Assembly (NCBI GenBank): GCA_965204375.1
Contig: OZ241986.1
Coordinates: forward strand, 5,408,001-5,472,000
Reading direction: 5' to 3'
DNA length: 64,000 bases
Origin: Candidatus Latescibacterota bacterium
GTDB lineage: Bacteria; Latescibacterota; UBA2968
Under the pieces are notes generated by a model. That model was not told the DNA's origin. It did not search any database and saw nothing but the letters and a program-made list of their open reading frames with translations. Below, piece by piece: positions 52,369 to 60,140 of the stretch. Position 1 is the first letter of the stretch, and each line of letters begins with the position of its first letter. Made by a program: the position numbers and the translations under genes.

Positions 52369-52962
52369 GTGGCTGATTTTGATGAACGAGACCTGATTCG
52401 TCTATGCCAAAAGGGCGATATGCAGGCTTTCCGCCATCTGGTTGAACATTATGAAGACCGAATTTACGGTCTGGCGTGTTCGATTCTCGGTGATCCGGAA
52501 GCGGCAAGGGATGCGGCGCAAGAGGCGTTTGTCAGAGTGTATAAAGCACTGGGGAATTTTGAGGGGCGGTCGAGTTTTTACACGTATTTGTATCGCATTG
52601 CCACCAATGTTTGTCTCACGTTTGCCCAGCGCGAGCAACGGCGGCCCGATAGGATTTCGATAGAAGGGATGCAAGAGGTGAATGAGATGACGCTGGATCG
52701 GTTTTTGGGTACGGATGAACCGCAAAATGATATTGAGCGCATTGGTTTGCGCGAGGAGATTCAAGAGGTGCTGGATCAGCTGTCGCCCGATCATCGCGCG
52801 GTGGTGATTATGAAAGATATAGAGGGTTTTTCTCAAGAGGAAATCGCCGATGTTTTGGATGTTTCTGTCGGCACTGTTAAGTCGAGACTTTCGCGGGCAC
52901 GGGCGCGTTTACGCGATTTGCTGATGCCGCTGTACCGCGAATGGCAAGGGGAGGATATATGA
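52369..52962 (+). CDS. ECF RNA polymerase sigma factor
   Basis: GD..AF..LV..Y, DAAQEAF, SSFYT.LYRIATN, GTVKSRLSRAR. Confidence 0.93.
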   Translation: MADFDERDLIRLCQKGDMQAFRHLVEHYEDRIYGLACSILGDPEAARDAAQEAFVRVYKALGNFEGRSSFYTYLYRIATNVCLTFAQREQRRPDRISIEGMQEVNEMTLDRFLGTDEPQNDIERIGLREEIQEVLDQLSPDHRAVVIMKDIEGFSQEEIADVLDVSVGTVKSRLSRARARLRDLLMPLYREWQGEDI

Positions 52963-53357
52963 CTGATCGCGATAAATTGTTGCTCTATGTTGACGGTAAT
53001 TTGTCTGCGGAGCACGCACGCGAGATTGAAGCGCGGATAGCAGAAGACGCTGAGTTTCGCGCCGAATACGATTTGCTTCGCCATGTGCAGAGACGGTTGA
53101 GTCAGCGTCCGATGGAGCCTTCGCCGGGATTGTGGGATGGCGTTCAGGCACAAATTCGGGAAGAGAGTTTATGGAATAGTCTGGTCTGGGCGGGCAAACG
53201 CCTCGTGCCTTTGGCCGCTGCCGCTGCTGTTATTTTTATGGTGCTGATAGATAATGGAGATACCGAGGCAAATACGGTGTCCGATTATTTTGATTCGCAA
53301 ACCGAGATGGTGCTGTCGGAGGTGCAAACCGATAGCCTGATTATCTATCCCGAGTAA
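52959..53357 (+). CDS. putative transmembrane anti-sigma factor
   Basis: LLYVDG.LS......E, single TM; overlaps the sigma stop. Confidence 0.75.
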   Translation: MTDRDKLLLYVDGNLSAEHAREIEARIAEDAEFRAEYDLLRHVQRRLSQRPMEPSPGLWDGVQAQIREESLWNSLVWAGKRLVPLAAAAAVIFMVLIDNGDTEANTVSDYFDSQTEMVLSEVQTDSLIIYPE

Positions 53358-53371
53358 ACAAAGGGACTATC

Positions 53372-53818
53372 ATGTTTTCTTTTTCTCCTCGCACACAGGC
53401 CATTCTTTTATTTATGGGTATTTTTGCCCTGGGGCTGGTGTGTGGTACGATTGTCGAGCGCAAGTTTTTACGCTCACCCGGTTCTGGTTCACCTGGGGCG
53501 CGTGGTGGACGTCCTTATGACTACAACCGCATGATTGAGCGATTGAGCGATGATCTCGCTCTGTCGGATGAGCAAAAAAGCGCTGTGCGGACTGCATTTC
53601 AGGAACACCGGCGCGAGATCGAAACGATGCGCCGACAGATTGGCGAAGATATGCGCTCTCAGGAGCAAAAATTGCGCGAGAAGTTGAAGACGATTCTCAC
53701 GCCTGAGCAGTTTGTAAAATTTGAAGAAAGAAACAAACGTCGAGGATTTCGCGGCCGAGGTGGCGGTCGCAGAGGTCCTCCGGGAGACCGTCCACCCGGT
53801 TCCCGCAGAGGGCCATGA
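53372..53818 (+). CDS. periplasmic heavy-metal sensor/Spy-CpxP-like protein
   Basis: TM anchor, LALSDEQK, ILTPEQ motifs. Confidence 0.75.
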   Translation: MFSFSPRTQAILLFMGIFALGLVCGTIVERKFLRSPGSGSPGARGGRPYDYNRMIERLSDDLALSDEQKSAVRTAFQEHRREIETMRRQIGEDMRSQEQKLREKLKTILTPEQFVKFEERNKRRGFRGRGGGRRGPPGDRPPGSRRGP

Positions 53819-53934
53819 CCAGCGATCTTTCGCGTTGTGAACAGATGCCGGCCTGAACATAGCCGAGGGTTGTTCGATTTTTACCACAGGCAGCATGTTG
53901 GGAATCTGCTGTTTAACCATGAGGAGTTGGTATC

Positions 53935-54648
53935 ATGAAACGCAAAATTATCTACGCAGTTATCGGTGTTTTTGTTATTGGCATGATTGGAAATGTCAAT
54001 GCAGAAGATCATAGAGGCAATCGTCGCGGTATGCGCGGTATGGCGGCACTGGAACTGACGGATGAGCAGAAGGAAAAGATGTCTGATCTGCGTTCTGCCC
54101 ATCAAAAGGCGATGGTCGATTTGCGCGCGGTACATGCGAAAGCGCGGATTGATTTGGGCGCGATTCGCAGGCAGGACAATCCATCGGCTTCGGATATTCA
54201 GGCTAAGGTCGATGCGGTGACGGCGGCGCAGGGGAAAATTATGGTGCGCGAAATTCAGCACAATATGGATATTAGAAATGTGCTGACCGCTGAACAAAAG
54301 GAGAAGCTCAGTGAGATGCGCGGCAGACGAGGGGTGCGCGGTGGTCCGGATTTCAGAGGTCGTGGTGGTCCTGGGTTCAGAGGTGACGATGGTCCTCGGT
54401 TCAGAGGTCGTGGCGGGCCTGGATTCAGGGGGCGCGGTGGTCCGGGTTTCAGAGGCCGTGGTCCGGGTTTCAGAGGCCGTGGTCCGGGTTTCAGAGGTGA
54501 CGATGGTCCCCGATTCAGGGGCCGCGGCTGGTTTCGCGGACGCCGAGGTGGAGATCGCGATCAGATGAAAAAGGAATCTGAGGCTCAGGAGAAGTCCGAG
54601 ATGCAAGAGAAGTCCGAACATCACAGTGAAGAATCGTCAGAGATGTAG
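53935..54648 (+). CDS. Spy/CpxP family chaperone with (GPGFRGR)n low-complexity tail
   Basis: Signal peptide, LELTDEQK and VLTAEQK LTxxQ motifs, about 10 F-R-G repeats. Confidence 0.8.
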   Translation: MKRKIIYAVIGVFVIGMIGNVNAEDHRGNRRGMRGMAALELTDEQKEKMSDLRSAHQKAMVDLRAVHAKARIDLGAIRRQDNPSASDIQAKVDAVTAAQGKIMVREIQHNMDIRNVLTAEQKEKLSEMRGRRGVRGGPDFRGRGGPGFRGDDGPRFRGRGGPGFRGRGGPGFRGRGPGFRGRGPGFRGDDGPRFRGRGWFRGRRGGDRDQMKKESEAQEKSEMQEKSEHHSEESSEM

Positions 54649-54678
54649 AGCATCGCAACAACGCCAGTAATCCGGATT

Positions 54679-54705
54679 GTAGGGGCGAGGCATGCCTCGC
54701 CCTAC
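54679..54705. repeat. GTAG-type REP, complete palindrome
   Basis: GTAGGGGCGAGGCATGCCTCGCCCTAC. Confidence 0.85.
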
Positions 54706-54723
54706 TTTACCATTTGAACGCAT

Positions 54724-54758
54724 AAGCGCGGCGGGTTTTTTCCCGTCGCGCTTTTTTT
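54724..54758 (+). terminator. intrinsic terminator of the ECF/Spy operon
   Basis: AAGCGCGGCGGG/CCCGTCGCGCTT + T-run. Confidence 0.8.
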
Positions 54759-54912
54759 ATTGGTATGAAAATTGCATTTGTGCGTATAATGAATAAAATC
54801 CCCGCTAAAACCGCGCTTGCATGTGGTGTTTTCGCTACAGGTGTGAATTTGATTCACACAGCGCGTGATCGCGTCTCGCGCAGAGACAACCCAAATAGGA
54901 GGGAAAATAGCC

Positions 54913-55776
54913 ATGAGGACATGTTGCACCTTTTTTTGCTTGCTCGTTTTGAGTGTTTCAACTGTGCAGGGTCAGGCACCCAGTTTTGCTCCCCAGGCGC
55001 AGTCGTTTTCGTTGGACGGTCAGAGTGGCAATGCGTCATCAGTCTGGATTGGCGATGTGGAACGCTATGAGGGTGAAGATGCACGCAAAATGATTGTTGC
55101 CAAAGATCGCTATGTGCGCGTGACCTATCGCAAGGAGGATGGCAAGACGGAGATAGCAGAGGGATTTGTCCGTGCGATGGATGAGACCGAGTTGACGATT
55201 TATCAGGGCGGCTTACGTAAGCGTATCGCACGAGAAAAGATTGTGGTGCTGATGGTCTGCGATTATCCAAGCCAACTTCAGCGTGCCGAGACTTCCATTG
55301 TAACACCTGCTTCAGGTATCACACACCGTATAGGGATGATGGACCCCAACAGTCGGATAGCCATGAAGGCGGGTAGTGGTCTTACGGTAGGCGTCCTTTT
55401 ATCAATCTTGGGTTTCCATGCAGGGGTACATATCGTCGACGACAATTGCGAAACCTTAGCATGCGCTTATGGCAAGGGGGCCATAGGTCTGTTGGCTGGC
55501 TATACAATCGGCGTGGCTACCGGTGTGAGCATGGTGGATGCTTATGATCAGTTTACGAGTTCGTTTGTGGGCTCTTTCATAGGAGCCGGAGCAGGTATTG
55601 GACTGGCCTATGTTGATGTTGAATTGTCGGCGGTAGCCGTTTTAGCTTTTCCAATTATCGGTGCGTTAATCGGCTCTGAGTTATCGCGCAGACCGCCTGA
55701 CGCGAGCTATTTTTCTGTGGGTGTGGTGCCCCACAGCAATGATCGTATCGCAGTGGCTGCGACCCTGCGCTTTTAG
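54913..55776 (+). CDS. hypothetical exported/membrane protein
   Basis: Signal peptide, Gly-rich helices, C-terminal LRF; SD GGAGG. Confidence 0.65.
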   Translation: MRTCCTFFCLLVLSVSTVQGQAPSFAPQAQSFSLDGQSGNASSVWIGDVERYEGEDARKMIVAKDRYVRVTYRKEDGKTEIAEGFVRAMDETELTIYQGGLRKRIAREKIVVLMVCDYPSQLQRAETSIVTPASGITHRIGMMDPNSRIAMKAGSGLTVGVLLSILGFHAGVHIVDDNCETLACAYGKGAIGLLAGYTIGVATGVSMVDAYDQFTSSFVGSFIGAGAGIGLAYVDVELSAVAVLAFPIIGALIGSELSRRPPDASYFSVGVVPHSNDRIAVAATLRF

Positions 55777-55805
55777 GCATGTTCAATATTTAACAAAAGG
55801 TAGCT

Positions 55806-56591
55806 ATGATTCACATTATTATTTTTATGATAGGCTTTTTTGTTTTTCCAGGTGTTGTGCAAGCGCAGGATCGCGTTGCCGTGGATATGGGGAGCGATTG
55901 GCTTCGGCGCGATTGGGACGATTGCGGCGAGAATGTTACAGGGCAATATCGAGATGGTGTGTTTGCGATTCGCAGCGATCATGCGGCGGCGCTTTTCTGG
56001 CAGGTGCCGACAAAGAATGGCACGGCGTTGGCTGTTGATCGCAGTCAGGATTGGATCAGGCGCTGTGACCGCCCGCCCAGGGGATTTGGGGAGGATGTCC
56101 GCAAACAGGCGCAGGGGCAGTATGATCTCATATCTGCAACTGAGTATCCATATCTTTCATGGCGGTGGCGGGTCAGCAATACGATTGATGATAGCGATAC
56201 GGCGGATCACAAAGGAAAAATTAAGAAGTCGGGCGATGATTTTGCAGCGAAGATCGGTATTTCGGTTCTCAATAATAGGGGGAAGTTGCGGGAGGTTGCC
56301 TATCTCTGGACGCGGACCATACCCGAGGAGACTTCGCTGACACAGGTGACGTCTGTTGCGCTGGGGATTGTCAAATATGAGTGGTACCGCATTGTTGCCG
56401 AGAGCGGGGATCAAAATGTGAATCAATGGGTTGGAGAATCGCGCAATTTTTACAGGGATTTCAAACGCTTTTATCCCGATGAAGAACCCGCAGAGGTTGT
56501 GCGCGTGTATCTTATGTCTGACTCAGATAATACGGGTAGTAAAGTGACGGGCGCGTTTGCGGATCTCGTTTTTCATCGGAAGCGACCTTAG
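55806..56591 (+). CDS. DUF3047 domain protein
   Basis: YPYLSWRWRV, DDFAA.I, YLW, W..E.RN...DF, MSDSDNTG. Confidence 0.8.
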   Translation: MIHIIIFMIGFFVFPGVVQAQDRVAVDMGSDWLRRDWDDCGENVTGQYRDGVFAIRSDHAAALFWQVPTKNGTALAVDRSQDWIRRCDRPPRGFGEDVRKQAQGQYDLISATEYPYLSWRWRVSNTIDDSDTADHKGKIKKSGDDFAAKIGISVLNNRGKLREVAYLWTRTIPEETSLTQVTSVALGIVKYEWYRIVAESGDQNVNQWVGESRNFYRDFKRFYPDEEPAEVVRVYLMSDSDNTGSKVTGAFADLVFHRKRP

Positions 56592-56675
56592 CGCGAAAAA
56601 CCCGCTTGACTTTACTGTATCCCCGATATATCTTCTGCACCATTCAGTTTTATTCGCAGATATAGTGAGAGTAAT

Positions 56676-56864
56676 ATGATTTTTGTAACCCACCAGAATA
56701 ATACCCAGCAAATGATGGATAACTGCGCCATCAGTGCAACCGTGCTGATGTCATTTATCCGTGCTACTGGCCATGCGTGCCCGGAAAGTGGCATTAATCT
56801 CGCGGTTTTCACGGGTAATGACAAAAATATTATTGGCGGGTTCAAAATGAGACGACAGACTTAA
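56676..56864 (+). CDS. putative 62-aa leader peptide upstream of the VOC gene
   Basis: ORF between a promoter-like TTGACT..TATCTT and a terminator; contains the antiterminator strand. Confidence 0.5.
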   Translation: MIFVTHQNNTQQMMDNCAISATVLMSFIRATGHACPESGINLAVFTGNDKNIIGGFKMRRQT

Positions 56865-56920
56865 GTGCAAATGAGTCTTGCAAAAACGAACCCGCTGAAG
56901 ATGCTTCGGCGGGTTTTTTT
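56833..56920 (+). promoter_or_regulatory. attenuator: terminator with antiterminator
   Basis: Terminator GAACCCGCTGAAG/CTTCGGCGGGTTT + T-run (56888-56920); TTGGCGGGTTC (56833-43) can pair with GAACCCGCTGA. Confidence 0.7.
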
Positions 56921-56962
56921 GTTGGTGGTTAGCTACCCCTTTGGGCAGAAAGGACATGCAAG

Positions 56963-57424
56963 GTGGAATCCGATTTCGACTACCAGATGCCGTCCTATAC
57001 AACTCTGATGGTTCACGATCTCAATATATCTACACGCTGGTATTGCGATACGCTCGGTTTTTCTCTGGTTTCACAGATGCCAGGTGCGAATGGCGATCCG
57101 ATTATGTCTCATTTGCGCTGGGCACCCCATGCGGATTTGATTCTGATGGAGGAGGGGCCAAACTCCTTGATAGCGTCCATAAGGGGTGCGGGCGTTACGC
57201 TCAATTTTACGGTGTTGCGCGAGTCGGTTGACGCGATTGCCGAACGGGTGCGACGCGATGGCAATGTCCAGGTTTCCGGTCCGCACGATCGCCCGTGGAA
57301 TGCGCGCGAGGTTATTGTGATAGATCCCAATGGGTATCGGCTGAATTTCACAGAGCCGCTACGCGCACCTGTTGATGGCGATGATTTGGTGGATGAGGTT
57401 AAAAAAGAAATCACTTTGAACTGA
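56963..57424 (+). CDS. VOC (glyoxalase/bleomycin resistance) family protein
   Basis: L.V.DL..S..WY...LGF, GP.DRPWNARE..V.DP.GY.L.F. Confidence 0.88.
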   Translation: MESDFDYQMPSYTTLMVHDLNISTRWYCDTLGFSLVSQMPGANGDPIMSHLRWAPHADLILMEEGPNSLIASIRGAGVTLNFTVLRESVDAIAERVRRDGNVQVSGPHDRPWNAREVIVIDPNGYRLNFTEPLRAPVDGDDLVDEVKKEITLN

Positions 57425-57440
57425 TAGGAGACGACGATCC

Positions 57441-59021
57441 ATGCCCGAATTGTCCTGGTCTTTTCCGTATGCTTCCCAACGCATGCCGGTTATGGCGTGC
57501 AATGTGGTTGCGACATCTCAACCGCTGGCCGCTCAGGCTGGGTTGCGGATGTTGCTCAAGGGGGGCAATGCCGTAGATGCTGCTCTGGCGACAGCGATGG
57601 CGCTTACGGTTGTTGAACCCAATATGAATGGTATAGGTAGCGATGCGTTTTGCATTTTGTGGGATGGTGAGCAAATGTATGGTCTCAATGCATCGGGGCG
57701 TTCCCCAAAAGCGTGGTCGCCCGAATTGTTTGCAGCCCATGCTCAGATGCCCCAGCGCGGTTGGGATGCCGTGACTGTGCCTGGCTGTGTTTCGGCATGG
57801 GCCGAGGCTTCAGAGCGGTTTGGCGTGTTGCCGTTTGAGGCGTTGTTTGAACCCGCGATTCACTATGCCCGCGATGGTTTTGTTATTTCGCCTATTACCG
57901 GGCATAGTTGGGCACAGGCTGTGTATAATTATGGCGATATGCCCGATTGGATGGCGACTTTTGCACCCGGGGGGCGTGCGCCGAAAATTGGGGAGAAATT
58001 TGTGTGTGAAGCGCAGGCGCGTACGCTTGAGCGGATTGCGGAGACTAAAGGAGAGGCGTTCTATGCGGGTGATCTGGCAGAGAAGATCGCTGCGCATGCA
58101 AAACGCACTGGCGGTGCGATGACAGAAGAAGATCTGGCAGAGCATCGGGCAGATTGGATGGATACGATGACGATGGATTTCGGGGATTATACGCTGCACG
58201 AAATTCCTCCAAATGGTCAGGGTATTGCGGCACTGATTGCACTGGGGATACTGGAGAATTGGGATTTGTCCGGGTATGCCGTTGATTCGGCAGATAGTTT
58301 ACATCTTCAGATTGAGGCGATGAAGTTGGCGTATGCGGATACGCACAGGTATGTGTCTGATCCGGGTACGCGGGATATTGAGTTCGCGCAGTTGCTCGAT
58401 CCGGATTATCTGGCGCAACGCGCGAGGTTGATTGATCTGAAAAGGGCAGGGATGCCCACTTTTGGCATGCCGCGTGGCGATACGGTTTATCTTACGGCGG
58501 CAGATGAAGATGGGATGATGGTTTCGTTTATTCAGTCCAATTATATGGGTTTTGGATCTGGTATTGTGATTCCGGATACGGGTATTAGCATGCAGAACCG
58601 GGGCGCGGGTTTTGTTTTGACGGAGGGCCATCCCAATCGCGTGGATGGGGGCAAGCGACCGTATCATACGATTATTCCGGCGTTTGCGACCCGAGAGGGC
58701 CAACCTGTGATGTCTTTCGGCGTTATGGGCGGGCATATGCAGCCGCAAGGTCACGCGCAGATGATGATTCGGATTTTTGCTTATGGTCAAAATCCACAGG
58801 CTGCGTGCGATGCGCCCCGATGGCAGGTTTTTGGCGGTTTGAGTGTGGGTATTGAGCCAGGTGTGGATGCGGGTGTGCTGGACGATCTTCGCGCCCGCGG
58901 GCACGATATCGAAATTCCGTCGGCTATTGGATATGGTGGGGGTCAACTCATTTATAAATTGGACGATGGCTATTGCGCGGCTTCCGATCCTCGTAAGGAT
59001 GGCCTGGCAGTGGGGTATTGA
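57441..59021 (+). CDS. ggt: gamma-glutamyltransferase family protein
   Basis: ATSQPLAAQAG..GGNAVDAA, PPNGQG, nucleophile TVYL, KRPYHTIIP, GGHMQPQG. Confidence 0.92.
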   Translation: MPELSWSFPYASQRMPVMACNVVATSQPLAAQAGLRMLLKGGNAVDAALATAMALTVVEPNMNGIGSDAFCILWDGEQMYGLNASGRSPKAWSPELFAAHAQMPQRGWDAVTVPGCVSAWAEASERFGVLPFEALFEPAIHYARDGFVISPITGHSWAQAVYNYGDMPDWMATFAPGGRAPKIGEKFVCEAQARTLERIAETKGEAFYAGDLAEKIAAHAKRTGGAMTEEDLAEHRADWMDTMTMDFGDYTLHEIPPNGQGIAALIALGILENWDLSGYAVDSADSLHLQIEAMKLAYADTHRYVSDPGTRDIEFAQLLDPDYLAQRARLIDLKRAGMPTFGMPRGDTVYLTAADEDGMMVSFIQSNYMGFGSGIVIPDTGISMQNRGAGFVLTEGHPNRVDGGKRPYHTIIPAFATREGQPVMSFGVMGGHMQPQGHAQMMIRIFAYGQNPQAACDAPRWQVFGGLSVGIEPGVDAGVLDDLRARGHDIEIPSAIGYGGGQLIYKLDDGYCAASDPRKDGLAVGY

Positions 59022-59025
59022 AAAC

Positions 59026-59068
59026 ACTGTCAGAATCAGGATTTTCAGGATGAAAGGATGAGCAGGAT
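59026..59068. repeat. AGGAT-core short tandem element; inverted relative at 61691-61733
   Basis: actgtcagaatcaggattttcaggatgaaaggatgagcaggat vs revcomp actgtctgaatcaggatttacaggattataggatttacaggat. Confidence 0.65.
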
Positions 59069-59124
59069 ACCCCCAATCCCCTTAGACCAGGAGTCAGGTT
59101 CGACATCAAATAAATGGAATTCCA

Positions 59125-59859
59125 ATGAATAAACGCAAAGATACAGCCTGGCAGGCGCGGGATCTGGCGCAGAAATATCTGAAAAATATTCGGCAGGCAA
59201 TTCCGTTGTCCGATGAGCAGATTGCCGTTATGTGCCGGGTGATCAATGCGGATGGTCACAGGGTCGATACTGTGCTGGACCTGGGGTGTGGAGATGGCAT
59301 ACTCGGGGCTGCGGTTATTGAATATCATCCGGAGGCGCGCGGCGTGTTTGTAGATTTTTCTGAGGCTATGATTGAGGCTGCGCGGAAACGGTTTGGGGGA
59401 ACGGCTTCACAGCATCGTTTTGTTATTGGGGATTATGCGACATCCGATTGGCTCAGTCTGATTATAGATGACGCGCCGTATGATGCGATTGTGTCGGGTT
59501 TTTCAATTCATCACCAGAGCGATGAGCGCAAACGCGAGGTTTATGGCGAGATTTTTGATCTGCTATCGCCCAATGGCGTGTTTGTCAATGTCGAGCATGT
59601 TCGCTCTCCGTCGAAGTGGGTTGAGTCGCGTTTTGCAGATCGCTTTATTGATGCGCTTTACGATTCTGTCACGCGGAGAGACCCGAACGCATCTCGCGAT
59701 GAAATCGCGCGGGCTTATTATTATCGCGATGACAAACAGGCGAATATTCTCGCGTCTGTTGAAGATCAATGCGAATGGCTCAGAGCCATTGGGTTTTCAG
59801 ATGTAGATTGTTATTTCAAGCTGTTTGAACTCGCTGTTTTTGGCGGGAGAAAAGTTTAA
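59125..59859 (+). CDS. class I SAM-dependent methyltransferase
   Basis: VLDLGCGDG, VDFSEAM, YDAIVSGFSIHH, L.PNGVFVN. Confidence 0.9.
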   Translation: MNKRKDTAWQARDLAQKYLKNIRQAIPLSDEQIAVMCRVINADGHRVDTVLDLGCGDGILGAAVIEYHPEARGVFVDFSEAMIEAARKRFGGTASQHRFVIGDYATSDWLSLIIDDAPYDAIVSGFSIHHQSDERKREVYGEIFDLLSPNGVFVNVEHVRSPSKWVESRFADRFIDALYDSVTRRDPNASRDEIARAYYYRDDKQANILASVEDQCEWLRAIGFSDVDCYFKLFELAVFGGRKV

Positions 59860-59865
59860 AAAAGC

Positions 59866-59928
59866 ACGAATCAACGGAACGGGGTACAACTGGCCGTCTC
59901 TCAGGCCAGTTCATCAACGAATCAACGA
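59866..59928 (+). repeat. ~60-bp hairpin element flanked by ACGAATCA octamers
   Basis: Hairpin AACTGGCC-N8-GGCCAGTT; inverted copy at 61781-61843. Confidence 0.8.
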
Positions 59929-59955
59929 AAATGTAGTATTTACCGGGTGAATATC

Positions 59956-60045
59956 ATGTACATACACTATTTCCAAATCGCCCAATTCATTGGCAATAAT
60001 AATGACGATAATAATCCGATCCGGCGACGGGCTGGACCGGCATAG
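59956..60045 (+). CDS. Asn/Asp-rich leader peptide (MYIHYFQIAQFIGNNNDDNNPIRRRAGPA)
   Basis: Manual translation; seven consecutive Asn/Asp codons at 59995-60015; upstream of terminator and aspS. Confidence 0.82.
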   Translation: MYIHYFQIAQFIGNNNDDNNPIRRRAGPA

Positions 60046-60112
60046 GTCGTCTTGTGCCAGCATGTAGAGTAAAGTGCCCGTTGTCAAAAAAATGTGACAA
60101 CGGGCTTTTTTT
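60023..60112 (+). promoter_or_regulatory. aspS attenuator (antiterminator and terminator)
   Basis: Terminator GCCCGTTGTCA/TGACAACGGGC + T7; GGCGACGGGC (60023-32) pairs with GCCCGTTGTC (10 bp, 2 GU). Confidence 0.82.
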
Positions 60113-60140
60113 GTGCCTGAAATTCAAAAAGGAGTCTGTC

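Noticed and set aside
54340-54530. Possible CRISPR array
   Set aside because: In-frame coding tandem repeats without unique spacers; no CRISPR array or cas gene seen anywhere in the window
56950-56975. AAGGTGGAATCCG resembling a T-box core
   Set aside because: Overlaps the VOC start codon, lies after the terminator, and has no stem I motifs
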